Sequence record: DRR378314_814
Reading direction: 5' to 3' (one strand)
Length of the DNA stretch: 64,000 nucleotides
Positions within the stretch are counted from its first letter, which is position 1. The number at the start of each line of letters is the position of its first letter. Of the stretch, positions 30,831-40,356 are shown in pieces. Made by a program: the position numbers and the translations under genes. Under the pieces are notes generated by a model that made no database searches, was not told the DNA's origin, and saw nothing but the letters and a program-made list of their open reading frames with translations.

Positions 30831-31475
30831 TCAGGCAGATTTTGCCGTTAGAATCAAAAGATCCTCATCCATACTGGCGATCTCAACCGTGTAACCATAA
30901 TTCTGACAGATCGCCATCATATATTGGGCGCCCACATTCTGGTTGGTGATTTCATCTTCATTGTAGCCATCAACGATTGCCTTGGTGACATCTTCACGCA
31001 ATCCCGCCCGTGTCCCGGCCGCGCGAAATTCAAAAGACCAATTGCCATCTCCAACCTCGCCGGACACAGAAAGCTTACCCCCCCGGGGCAAGGCACCGGC
31101 CGCAATGGCAGTCAGGTTGCAAATGATCTTAATGGCATCCTTTGGCAGATTTTCCGCACCGCCTGCCTCATCCGGCCACACCAGTTCGACCTTACCAAAA
31201 GACAAAAATGACCGGCAAAGGGTCCTTGCATCGCGAAGGGAGACTTCTGTTCCCATGCCGCTGGCAAGTCCGTAAGCCAACCGGTAAAACTGAAGGCGCG
31301 CCGCCGCTTCCCCGGCGCTTTGACTGACAAGCTCGATGGCTTGCTCCCGCATGTCAGCATTCCCTTCGTCCTGCAGAAGCTCGATACCATTATTAACCGC
31401 CCCAATGGGCCCGATGATATCGTGGCAAAGTTTTGAACTCATCAAAGCCGTTAATTTCAGATCAATCATAGTCAC
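30831..31475 (-). CDS. chpT: Histidine phosphotransferase ChpT
   Basis: LMSSKLCHDIIGPIGAVNNGIELL, ARLQFYRLAYG, ALPRGGKL. Confidence 0.92.
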   Translation of the reverse strand: MTMIDLKLTALMSSKLCHDIIGPIGAVNNGIELLQDEGNADMREQAIELVSQSAGEAAARLQFYRLAYGLASGMGTEVSLRDARTLCRSFLSFGKVELVWPDEAGGAENLPKDAIKIICNLTAIAAGALPRGGKLSVSGEVGDGNWSFEFRAAGTRAGLREDVTKAIVDGYNEDEITNQNVGAQYMMAICQNYGYTVEIASMDEDLLILTAKSA

Positions 31476-31574
31476 TGGTATCCCGCATAATCACGTTTAG
31501 GTCAAAAGGAACCTTTTGCCCTTGGCGATCAGTTTGCTACACTCTTGCCCTAACAATCAACCAAGTGATTACAA

Positions 31575-31790
31575 ATGATCGCATTTTTTTCTCCGGGCCA
31601 ATATGTCAGACATCCCGAAAAACCTGAATGGGGTATCGGACAGGTCCAGTCTGCCGTGGTCGATCGGATTACGGTAAATTTCCAGCATGCCGGGAAACAA
31701 CTGATTATTGCCAGCGTAGTTGAACTGGAAAGTCTAAATGACGAAGAACTGCAGGAAATGCAGCGGAAGGCCTTTGGGGAAGATACTTAA
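31575..31790 (+). CDS. DUF3553-family small protein
   Basis: PGQYVRHPEKPEWGIGQVQS...ITVNFQHAGK. Confidence 0.8.
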   Translation: MIAFFSPGQYVRHPEKPEWGIGQVQSAVVDRITVNFQHAGKQLIIASVVELESLNDEELQEMQRKAFGEDT

Positions 31791-31917
31791 GCCCTTGTCA
31801 ATAAAGGACACCCAGTCGCCGCAGTTGAGATAGAGGAAGTCGATCCCGTACAAGCCACCTCATGCCCAGGCGCTAGGTTGTGGAAAGGGTCCGGGAATGT
31901 GAGGATAGGGTCAGAGC

Positions 31918-33630
31918 ATGAGCACATCATTTGTGCAGACAACAACTGCGCCGGGCAAGGCGCGAAAAAAAGGTAAAGGCCGGTATGCACCGCGCGGACG
32001 TCAGGCCAGTTCAAGAGCGTCCGAAGAAGTGCGGACTATTTTGGCCGAGATGCCCCGCGACAAGGATTTATTGATAGAGCATTTGCATCGCCTGCAGGAT
32101 GAGTTTGGATATCTGGCCAAAGATCATCTGGCTGCATTGGCGGATGAAATTCGTCTGTCCCTGTCCGAAGTCTATGAAGTGGCCACTTTTTATCATAATT
32201 TTGTGGTGGCCGAGAGCGAAGAAGAGTTGCCGCGCCTCACCGTTAAAGTCTGTGATAGTTTAACCTGCGCCCTAAAAGGAGCTGATGCACTTCGGACTTC
32301 CTTAACGGACACCTGTGGCAAGTCCGTCAAGGTCACCCATGGCGCCTGTATGGGTCGATGCGATAAGGCGCCCGTGGTCCGTCTGGAGGATCAGTATATC
32401 GGCCATGCAACCCCAGAAGCTGCGATGGAGACTATTAAAGCCTTGCAAAGCGGTAATCTTCCTTCGCAAATCGAATTGGATCATCTTTCTTTTGCCGATT
32501 ACTCAGCCAAAGGCGGTTTTCAACTTCTTAAAAAAATCTATGACGGGGATCTCGACTATTCGACCGTTGTGGATGAACTGAAGAAAAGTGGTCATCGCGG
32601 ACTTGGCGGTGCGGGGTTTCCCCACGCCATGAAAATAGAGTCTGTTTGTTCTATTCCCGGGCCGCGACTGATGGCCGTGAATGCAGATGAAAGCGAACCC
32701 GGTACTTTTAAAGACCGCTATTATATGAACACCAACCCCTATCAATTTCTGGAAGGGATGCTGATCGGGGCCGAACTCGTGGCGGCCGATGCCGTTTACA
32801 TTTTTTTGCGCGATGAATATCCGGATACAGCCCGCATCCTGAAAACCGCTATTGCGGATCTGGAAATCGCCGGACTGACCAGGGATCGGCCTATTCATGT
32901 GCGGCGAGGTGCCGGTGCCTATATCTGCGGCGAAGAAAGCGCCATGCTGGAAAGCCTGGAAGGCAAGCGCGCCCTACCCCGCCAGAAACCACCTTTTCCA
33001 GCTCATGTCGGACTGTTTGGCCGCCCGACCCTGATCAATAATGTGGAAACCCTGTATTGGCTGCCGGACATCCTGACAAAGGGCGCTGACTGGTATAAAA
33101 AGGGCGGACAACATGACGGCACCGGTTTTCGGACATTTTCGCTTTCCGGCCATGTGAAAAAACCGGGAGTTTATCAGGTTCCCGCCGGGATTACCGCAAG
33201 CGAGCTGATCACCGAATATGGCGGCGGTATGGAGGAAGGACACCTTTTTCGGGCCTATCTGCCAGGCGGCGCTTCGGGCGGAATGTTACCCGCCAGTATG
33301 GCCGATATTCCAATGGATTTTGGAACGCTGGAACAATATGGATGTTTCATCGGATCAGCGGCTGTGATTGTCCTGTCTGATCAGGATGATCTAAAATCCG
33401 CCTGTCGGAACGTGATGCGGTTCTTTGAGGATGAAAGCTGCGGGCAATGTACGCCTTGCCGGATCGGGACGACCAAAGCGCTCGACCTGATGGCAAAGGA
33501 CAAATGGGATCAGCCACTCTTGGAGGAATTAAGCGCGGTGATGCGTGATGCGTCCATCTGCGGTTTGGGTCAGGCGGCCCCCAATGTACTTCTTTGCCTG
33601 ATGAAATACTTCCCGGAGGAGTTCTCATGA
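31918..33630 (+). CDS. NAD-dependent formate dehydrogenase beta subunit (NuoE+NuoF-like fusion)
   Basis: VYEVATFY, VCDSLTC...CMGRC [2Fe-2S], RGLGGAGFP, NADESEPGTFKDR, GAGAYICGEE, ESCGQCTPCR...SICGLG [4Fe-4S]. Confidence 0.9.
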   Translation: MSTSFVQTTTAPGKARKKGKGRYAPRGRQASSRASEEVRTILAEMPRDKDLLIEHLHRLQDEFGYLAKDHLAALADEIRLSLSEVYEVATFYHNFVVAESEEELPRLTVKVCDSLTCALKGADALRTSLTDTCGKSVKVTHGACMGRCDKAPVVRLEDQYIGHATPEAAMETIKALQSGNLPSQIELDHLSFADYSAKGGFQLLKKIYDGDLDYSTVVDELKKSGHRGLGGAGFPHAMKIESVCSIPGPRLMAVNADESEPGTFKDRYYMNTNPYQFLEGMLIGAELVAADAVYIFLRDEYPDTARILKTAIADLEIAGLTRDRPIHVRRGAGAYICGEESAMLESLEGKRALPRQKPPFPAHVGLFGRPTLINNVETLYWLPDILTKGADWYKKGGQHDGTGFRTFSLSGHVKKPGVYQVPAGITASELITEYGGGMEEGHLFRAYLPGGASGGMLPASMADIPMDFGTLEQYGCFIGSAAVIVLSDQDDLKSACRNVMRFFEDESCGQCTPCRIGTTKALDLMAKDKWDQPLLEELSAVMRDASICGLGQAAPNVLLCLMKYFPEEFS

Positions 33631-36371
33631 CAGAAACTTTGCGCTTTACCCTGGATGGGCAGGAAATTGAGGCGGATGGCAGCAAAACCATCTGGGAAAT
33701 CGCCAAAGACGCAGGCAACCTTATTCCGCATCTCTGTCATGCGGACCGAAAAGGATACCGCGCCGATGGCAACTGCCGGGCCTGCATGGTCGAGATCGAG
33801 GGCGAACGGGTTCTGGCCCCCAGTTGCATGCGCAAACCCAGCGATGGGATGGTGGTTAAAACCGCGAGCGAGCGGGCCAGCAAGGCAAGAGAGATGATCA
33901 TGGAAATGCTCATCGCCGATCAGCCCGCGCGGCAAGCGGCCCCGGACCCAGAAAGTCATTTTTGGCAAATGTCCGATCTTGCAGGGGTAAATACCAGCAG
34001 ATTTCCCAAAGATCGGGACCCTGATCTTCAGGATGTCAGCCACCCCGCAATGAATGTGGACCTGACGGCCTGTATCAATTGTGATTTGTGTGTCCGCGCC
34101 TGCCGCGAGGTTCAGGCCAATGATGTCATCGGCACGGCAAGCCGCGGGTTTCAGTCCAAAGTCGTTTTTGATTTTGATGATCCCATGGGAGATAGTACCT
34201 GCGTTGCCTGCGGCGAATGTGTGCAAGCCTGCCCAACAGGGGCACTGCTGGAAAAATCCTGGATCGTCGATAGCCAGGTCGAACGTAAAGTCGACAGTGT
34301 TTGTCCGTTCTGCGGCGTGGGATGCCAGCTTACCTATAACGTCAAAGACGACAAGATTATCTCTGTCGATGGTCGCGATGGTCCTGCAAACGAGGGGCGG
34401 CTCTGCGTCAAAGGTCGTTTTGGTTTTGACTATATCCATAACCCCGAACGCCTGACCAAGCCGTTGATCCGAAAGGACGGGATCGCCAAATCCGATATTG
34501 AAGGTCTGGATCCCGCCAACCCGTACACCCATTTTCGCGAAGCGACTTGGGAAGAAGCCCTGGATAAAGCCGCCTCGGGGTTATTGGCTGTGAAAGCTGA
34601 GAAAGGACCCCGCGGACTGGCCGGTTTTGGATCAGCCAAAGGCTCCAACGAGGAGGCCTATCTTTTTCAGAAACTGGTGCGCACGGGTTTCGGCTCCAAC
34701 AATGTGGATCACTGCACCCGCCTCTGTCATGCCTCTTCCGTTGCAGCCCTGTTGGAAACGGTGGGATCGGGTGCTGTATCCGCCCCGTTTAACGAGGCGG
34801 AAAATTCCGATGTCATGATCATTATCGGCGCTAATCCAACGATCAATCATCCCGTTGCCGCGACGTTTTTTAAGAATGCCGCAAAAAACGGAGCGAAATT
34901 GATCATCATTGATCCCCGGCGCCAGGCGATGAGCCGTCATGCAGCCTATCACCTGCAGGAAAAACCGGGCAGTGATGTGGCACTGTTGAATGCTATGATG
35001 CAGGTTATTGTCGATGAAGATCTTGTCGATAAAGACTATATCGACAACCACACCGAAGATTTTGAAACCCTGAAAGCGCATTTAGGTGACTACAAACCCG
35101 AACAAATGGAAGCGATCACTGGCGTACCTGCGGATGACATTCGCGGAGCTGCCCGCCTGTTCGCAACAGCCAAAGCCGCAATTATTTTTTGGGGCATGGG
35201 GATCAGCCAACATGTTCATGGAACCGATAATTCCCGTTGCTTGATCTCCCTATCCCTCATGACCGGTCAGGTTGGACGCGCCGGAACCGGCCTGCATCCG
35301 CTTCGGGGACAAAATAATGTTCAGGGCGCATCTGACGTTGCCTTGATCCCTATGTTCCTGCCCGATTACCAGTCCGTAGAAGATCCGGTAATCCGGAAAA
35401 AATTTGAAAAATTCTGGGAAACTGATCTGGATCCGGTGAGCGGTCTGACTGTCGTTGAAATAACCGAAGCCATCCATCAAGGCGACATTCGCGGCATGTA
35501 TATCATGGGGGAAAATCCCGCGATGTCAGATCCCAACGTCACCCACGCAAGAGAGGCGCTTTGCCTTCTCGACACCCTGGTGGTGCAGGATCTGTTCCTG
35601 ACGGAGACCGCTGCCTATGCGGATGTTATTCTGCCCGCATCCGCATGGCCGGAAAAAGAAGGGACCGTGACCAATACCAACCGTCAGGTTCAAATGGGCC
35701 GCGCGGCACTTGAGCCGCCAGGGGATGCCCGGCAGGATCTTTGGATCATTCAGGAGATCGCCAAACGCTTTGGTCTGAACTGGCAGTATGATCACCCACG
35801 GGAAGTTTTTGCCGAACTGACCCAGGTGATGGACAGCATCAAGGGAATGAGTTGGGAGCGGGTGGACCGAGAACAATCGGTGACCTACCCCTGCAGCTCT
35901 GAGGAGGATCCAGGCCAGTCGCTTATTTTTACAAGTTCATTTCCCACAGCGAACGGGCGCGGCAGATTTGTGCCCGCAGACCTGATAAAACCAGACGAAA
36001 TACCGGATAGAGACTATCCCATTATCCTCACCACCGGCCGGTTACTGGAGCATTGGCATACCGGATCCATGACCCGGCGGGCCTCTATTCTTGACGCGGT
36101 GGAGCCCGAACCGACGGTCCAAATCTCTCCAGCGATGATGGAAGGATTGCAACTGACCTCCGGCGATTTTGTTACCGTTCGATCCCGACGGGGTGAATTG
36201 ACGTTACGCGCACGGGCTGATGCGGCGATACAACAGGGAATGGTGTTTATCCCCTTCTGCTATGCGGAGGCGGCCGCTAATCTCTTGACAAATGATGCTC
36301 TCGACCCATTTGGTAAGATTGCTGAAGTCAAATTCTGCGCCGTTCAGGTGGAGAATTCCTCTCAAACTTAA
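33627..36371 (+). CDS. Formate dehydrogenase alpha subunit (Mo/W-bis-MGD, Cys ligand)
   Basis: IPHLC..CRAC, two CxxCxxCxxxC, CPFCGVGC, RLCHASS, PLRGQNNVQG, LTTGR.LEHWHTGSMTRR. ATG 33627 overlaps the beta-subunit stop. Confidence 0.93.
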   Translation: MTETLRFTLDGQEIEADGSKTIWEIAKDAGNLIPHLCHADRKGYRADGNCRACMVEIEGERVLAPSCMRKPSDGMVVKTASERASKAREMIMEMLIADQPARQAAPDPESHFWQMSDLAGVNTSRFPKDRDPDLQDVSHPAMNVDLTACINCDLCVRACREVQANDVIGTASRGFQSKVVFDFDDPMGDSTCVACGECVQACPTGALLEKSWIVDSQVERKVDSVCPFCGVGCQLTYNVKDDKIISVDGRDGPANEGRLCVKGRFGFDYIHNPERLTKPLIRKDGIAKSDIEGLDPANPYTHFREATWEEALDKAASGLLAVKAEKGPRGLAGFGSAKGSNEEAYLFQKLVRTGFGSNNVDHCTRLCHASSVAALLETVGSGAVSAPFNEAENSDVMIIIGANPTINHPVAATFFKNAAKNGAKLIIIDPRRQAMSRHAAYHLQEKPGSDVALLNAMMQVIVDEDLVDKDYIDNHTEDFETLKAHLGDYKPEQMEAITGVPADDIRGAARLFATAKAAIIFWGMGISQHVHGTDNSRCLISLSLMTGQVGRAGTGLHPLRGQNNVQGASDVALIPMFLPDYQSVEDPVIRKKFEKFWETDLDPVSGLTVVEITEAIHQGDIRGMYIMGENPAMSDPNVTHAREALCLLDTLVVQDLFLTETAAYADVILPASAWPEKEGTVTNTNRQVQMGRAALEPPGDARQDLWIIQEIAKRFGLNWQYDHPREVFAELTQVMDSIKGMSWERVDREQSVTYPCSSEEDPGQSLIFTSSFPTANGRGRFVPADLIKPDEIPDRDYPIILTTGRLLEHWHTGSMTRRASILDAVEPEPTVQISPAMMEGLQLTSGDFVTVRSRRGELTLRARADAAIQQGMVFIPFCYAEAAANLLTNDALDPFGKIAEVKFCAVQVENSSQT

Positions 36372-36392
36372 TTCCGTTCCGGGTATGAACAA

Positions 36393-37076
36393 GTGAAACG
36401 AATAGGTATTTTGCAAACCGGCAAGATCGGCGGCGAGCTGGGTGAAAAATTTGGTGAATATCCAGAGATGTTTATCAACATGCTGGGTGCCGACAGCTTT
36501 GACTATAAAACCTATTCCGTCACCGATGGGGAACTGCCCACCAGCATCGACGACTGTGATGGCTGGATCATCACCGGATCCAAACATGGCGCTTATGAGG
36601 ATCATGACTGGATCCCACCGCTGGAAGAATTTATCCGCAAACTGTCCTGCAGCGATCGGCCGACCCTGGGCATCTGCTTTGGTCATCAGATCATGGCACA
36701 GGCTCTGGGCGGAGAGGTTGTCAAATCAGACAAAGGTTGGGGTGTTGGTTATCACGACTATGAAAACCTGGAAACCGGCACCACAGAAAAGCTACTGGCC
36801 TTTCATCAGGATCAGGTCACCAAACTACCTGATGGCGCAACGGTTACCCACCGCTCAGACTTCTGCCCGTTCGCCGGGATCCGCTACTCTGATACCTGTC
36901 ATTCCCTGCAACCCCATCCCGAACATAAACCTGGCTTTACCGAAGCGTTATTGGTTCAGCGGCGCGGCAAAGCCATTGAAGCGATCACCGCTGATACCGC
37001 CCTTGCGGGACTTGGACAGGCAAATTCTCATGCAGAATATGCAAACCGCCTGAAAACCTTCTTCGAAAACACCTGA
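36393..37076 (+). CDS. Class I glutamine amidotransferase-like protein
   Basis: IITGS, LGICFGHQ nucleophile, QPHPE. Confidence 0.88.
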   Translation: MKRIGILQTGKIGGELGEKFGEYPEMFINMLGADSFDYKTYSVTDGELPTSIDDCDGWIITGSKHGAYEDHDWIPPLEEFIRKLSCSDRPTLGICFGHQIMAQALGGEVVKSDKGWGVGYHDYENLETGTTEKLLAFHQDQVTKLPDGATVTHRSDFCPFAGIRYSDTCHSLQPHPEHKPGFTEALLVQRRGKAIEAITADTALAGLGQANSHAEYANRLKTFFENT

Positions 37077-37090
37077 AACCCAGTTCCGCT

Positions 37091-37966
37091 TTACGCCTTC
37101 ACTTTGCGCTCCCGATAGAAGGTGTAAATGCCCATGGTGACCACGATGGAGCTGCCGATCAGCATACCCGCATCGGGAATATCATCAAAAATCAGGATGC
37201 CAAGGATCATGGAGAAAATCAGGATTGTGTAGCGGAAGGGAGAGACGAAACCAACCTCCCCAACGCGAACGGCACTGACGCTCAGGATATACCCTGCGAT
37301 CACAAATATCGACGCTGCGAACAAGATCGAAATACCCGTCCAGGTCACGGGTACCCAGTCAATAAAGGCCAAGGCAATTCCAGATGTGATAGTGATACAG
37401 GATGACGTGACGAGAGAGACCGCGGAGGATGGAACCCCGCGTGAGATGCGGCGGGTGGCCAAATCACGCACCATAATGAAAAGAACCGCTGCCAGTGCAA
37501 AGAAGGAGATGGACGTAAACCCTTCTGTCCCCGGTTGCACAATAATCATCACCCCCAAAAAGCCGATCCCAACGGCCATATACCGACGCCAGCCAACCGG
37601 TTCTTTGAGGAAAATCGCCGCCCCGATGGTAACCGCCAGTGGCAGGGATTGCAAAATTGCCGTGGCGTTGGCAAGCGGCATATTGAAAACAGCATACAGA
37701 AACAGAAAAGCACCGATGACCTCTCCCACACTGCGAAGGCCGATCAGTTTCCAGTCCGAAAGCGCAATGACACGAAATGGCGTCCGTTTATAAATTGCCA
37801 TGCCGCCCAGAAACCCGGTGGTAAAGAGGGAGCGCAAAAAAATCGCCTGCACCAGCGGAAAAAAAGCGGATGAAGACTTGATCAGGGCATCATTGATTGC
37901 AAAAGAAGCCATGCAGGCAGCCATCAATAAGGCGCCCTGCATATTCTCGGAGAGGTTTGTTTTCAT
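37091..37966 (-). CDS. DMT/EamA-family transporter
   Basis: About 10 hydrophobic helices, duplicated EamA pattern, FLKEPVGWRR. Confidence 0.88.
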   Translation of the reverse strand: MKTNLSENMQGALLMAACMASFAINDALIKSSSAFFPLVQAIFLRSLFTTGFLGGMAIYKRTPFRVIALSDWKLIGLRSVGEVIGAFLFLYAVFNMPLANATAILQSLPLAVTIGAAIFLKEPVGWRRYMAVGIGFLGVMIIVQPGTEGFTSISFFALAAVLFIMVRDLATRRISRGVPSSAVSLVTSSCITITSGIALAFIDWVPVTWTGISILFAASIFVIAGYILSVSAVRVGEVGFVSPFRYTILIFSMILGILIFDDIPDAGMLIGSSIVVTMGIYTFYRERKVKA

Positions 37967-38067
37967 AAAATCTATTAGGTCCAGATTTACAAAAAGCGCA
38001 ATCTCTTTTTATAGTGCAATGCAACCGAACCGCACCTCTTTGGTCGACTTAAACTGGAACTCTGCCG

Positions 38068-38766
38068 ATGCCCCTATCCACCATTGCCTTTGACGCTGAC
38101 GATACGCTTTGGGAAAACGAAAAAATCTTCAAACTGACCGAAAGACGGTTCCTCGACCTGTTGGGAGAACAGGGTGCGGGCGAAGATCTGTTCGATCAAC
38201 TGCTGGAAACCGAACGGCAGAACCTGCGATACTATGGCTATGGGATCAAAGGCTTCACCTTGTCCATGGTGGAGACGGCAATCCGCATCACGAACGGGAC
38301 AGTTCCGGCCCCGGTCATTCAGGAAATCCTCAATGCGGGACGGGAAATGCATGATCATCCGGCGGAACTCATGCCGGGCGTTCTGGAAACACTTGAACAT
38401 CTGGCAGAGGATTATCGCATCCTGTTGATTACCAAAGGGGATCTGTTTGATCAGGAACGGAAACTCGCTCAATCCGGGCTTGGAGACTTATTTGATGGCG
38501 TTGAAATTGTTTCTGAAAAAACAGAAGAAACCTATCTTCGCATATTTGAGCAATATGGTGACGGCCCCACACGCAGCATGATGGTCGGTAATTCCCTGAA
38601 ATCCGATATCGTACCCGCCGTTGCAGTCGGTGCCTGGGGTGTTCACATTCCGTCTGAAGTTGAATGGGCCTTGGAAAAAGCGGACGCGCCAACAGGAAAT
38701 GCTCGCTATCACCACCTGCAAACCATTACCAAGCTGCCGCAGCTCATTAGAGAGCTCGACCGCTAA
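38068..38766 (+). CDS. HAD-family hydrolase
   Basis: FDADDTLW, ITKGD, MVGNSLKSDI. Confidence 0.9.
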   Translation: MPLSTIAFDADDTLWENEKIFKLTERRFLDLLGEQGAGEDLFDQLLETERQNLRYYGYGIKGFTLSMVETAIRITNGTVPAPVIQEILNAGREMHDHPAELMPGVLETLEHLAEDYRILLITKGDLFDQERKLAQSGLGDLFDGVEIVSEKTEETYLRIFEQYGDGPTRSMMVGNSLKSDIVPAVAVGAWGVHIPSEVEWALEKADAPTGNARYHHLQTITKLPQLIRELDR

Positions 38767-38959
38767 ACGTTAATTTTGCAAAGCAAATCGACTCACTCTA
38801 GATCCGCCTTTAAATATAAAACACGCCTTACATTCGAAGGGATTGCAAATGCGAAAATTTAGCCTGCCTGCTTTGGGCTCCATCGCCAATACAATCCTAC
38901 CTACCGCTTCGTTGCAGTTGCGATCTGCGGACGTTGAGAGTCGGAGCATTCCTGACAGT

Positions 38960-39340
38960 TTATTCTGACTTCAGTGCTGTGACCTGAATTTCAATCTTCA
39001 TCGCGGGATCCAACAATTCAGCCTGAAACATGGTCGCGGCCGGTTTCGCCACTGAAAATGCGCCGCGAAGAGCTGGCCAGCAGGCTTCAAAGTCACTGCG
39101 ATCGGGCAGGATATAAGTCACCCGAACGACGTTATCGAGGGATGATCCCGCTTCCACCAAAGCCTTTTCGATATTTTCCAGGCATTGTACCGTTTGCTCA
39201 AACGGAGTTTCGGGCATGGACATGTTGCTATAGTCATAGCCGGTTGTTCCGGCGACGTGAACGTAGTGATCATCCACCACTGCACGGGAATAGCCAATTT
39301 GCTCCTCAAACGGAGAGCCTGACGAAATATGCTGTACCAT
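38960..39340 (-). CDS. RidA/YjgF-family protein
   Basis: SSGSPFE..IGYSRAV, VAGTTG, KPAATM, KIEIQVTA. Confidence 0.88.
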   Translation of the reverse strand: MVQHISSGSPFEEQIGYSRAVVDDHYVHVAGTTGYDYSNMSMPETPFEQTVQCLENIEKALVEAGSSLDNVVRVTYILPDRSDFEACWPALRGAFSVAKPAATMFQAELLDPAMKIEIQVTALKSE

Positions 39341-39373
39341 TTTATGTTCCTGCTTGCGAATTGTGATATTGGC

Positions 39374-39407
39374 AAAAAGAAAAGGCCATGAATTTCTCCA
39401 TGGCCTT
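39374..39407 (-). terminator. Intrinsic terminator after mmsB
   Basis: AAGGCCATG...CATGGCCTT stem followed on the minus strand by TTCTTTTT. Confidence 0.65.
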
Positions 39408-39412
39408 GTATC

Positions 39413-40300
39413 TTAACTTTCCCGGATCATGTTTATGATGCCGGAGAAATCCATCTCCGCCCCATCACTGGCGGCATATTTCTCGTAAAGAGCCATAGCG
39501 ACAGCACCAAGCGCCGTGCTCGCCTCAGCCCCCTTGGCAGCTTCCTGAGACAGGTTCAGGTCTTTCACCATATTCTGCGCGGTGAAACCCGGTTTATACT
39601 CATTATTGGCCGGAGATGTGGGAACAGGCCCTGGAACCGGGCAATAAGTTGTCAGCGACCAGCACTGCCCTGAAGCGGTTGATGCGATATCATAAAGGGT
39701 CTGATTATCCAGCCCCAATTTTTCACCCAGAACAAACGCTTCTGAGACCGCGATCATCGAAATTCCGAGGATCATATTGTTGCAGATTTTTGCCGCCTGC
39801 CCATTTCCAGATCCACCCGTATGCACGATGTTGCTGCCCATCACCTCAAGAACAGGTTTTGCCGCCTCAAACGCACCTGCGGGGCCACCCACCATAAAGG
39901 TCAGGGTTCCGGCTGCTGCACCGCCAACGCCACCGGAAACCGGTGCATCGACCATCATCATCCCATGGCTTGCAGCAGCCTCAGCCACATCACGTGCCGT
40001 TGCCACATCAATTGTTGAACAATCAATGAACAGAGTTCCTTCATCGGCCGCCGCCAGGGCGCCTGCATCCCCAAGATAAACAGCGCGCACATGATCCCCT
40101 TTGGGAAGCATGCTCACCACGATACTAACCCCAGATGCCGCTTCATTGGCGCTTGCGGCTCTTTCGCCGCCTGCATCCACACAAGTTTTGACAGCTGCTT
40201 CGGAGAGATCAAATACTTTTACATTATGTCCGGCGTTCAAAAGATTGAGGGCCATAGGACCGCCCATATTCCCGACACCGATAAATCCGATTTTTGCCAT
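39413..40300 (-). CDS. mmsB: 3-hydroxyisobutyrate dehydrogenase
   Basis: GFIGVGNMG, DCSTI, DAPVSGG, AKICNNM, CWSLTTYCPVPG. Confidence 0.93.
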   Translation of the reverse strand: MAKIGFIGVGNMGGPMALNLLNAGHNVKVFDLSEAAVKTCVDAGGERAASANEAASGVSIVVSMLPKGDHVRAVYLGDAGALAAADEGTLFIDCSTIDVATARDVAEAAASHGMMMVDAPVSGGVGGAAAGTLTFMVGGPAGAFEAAKPVLEVMGSNIVHTGGSGNGQAAKICNNMILGISMIAVSEAFVLGEKLGLDNQTLYDIASTASGQCWSLTTYCPVPGPVPTSPANNEYKPGFTAQNMVKDLNLSQEAAKGAEASTALGAVAMALYEKYAASDGAEMDFSGIINMIRES

Positions 40301-40356
40301 TGCGTCCTCCCAGGCAAAAAAGGCGTCCCGGTTGTTTGCGGAACGCCTCGTTTATT

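Noticed and set aside
31918..33630. Respiratory complex I nuoE/nuoF
   Set aside because: No other nuo genes nearby; translationally coupled to a molybdopterin FDH alpha subunit.
34725..34727. Selenocysteine recoding in FDH
   Set aside because: The active-site codon is TGT and the ORF is uninterrupted.
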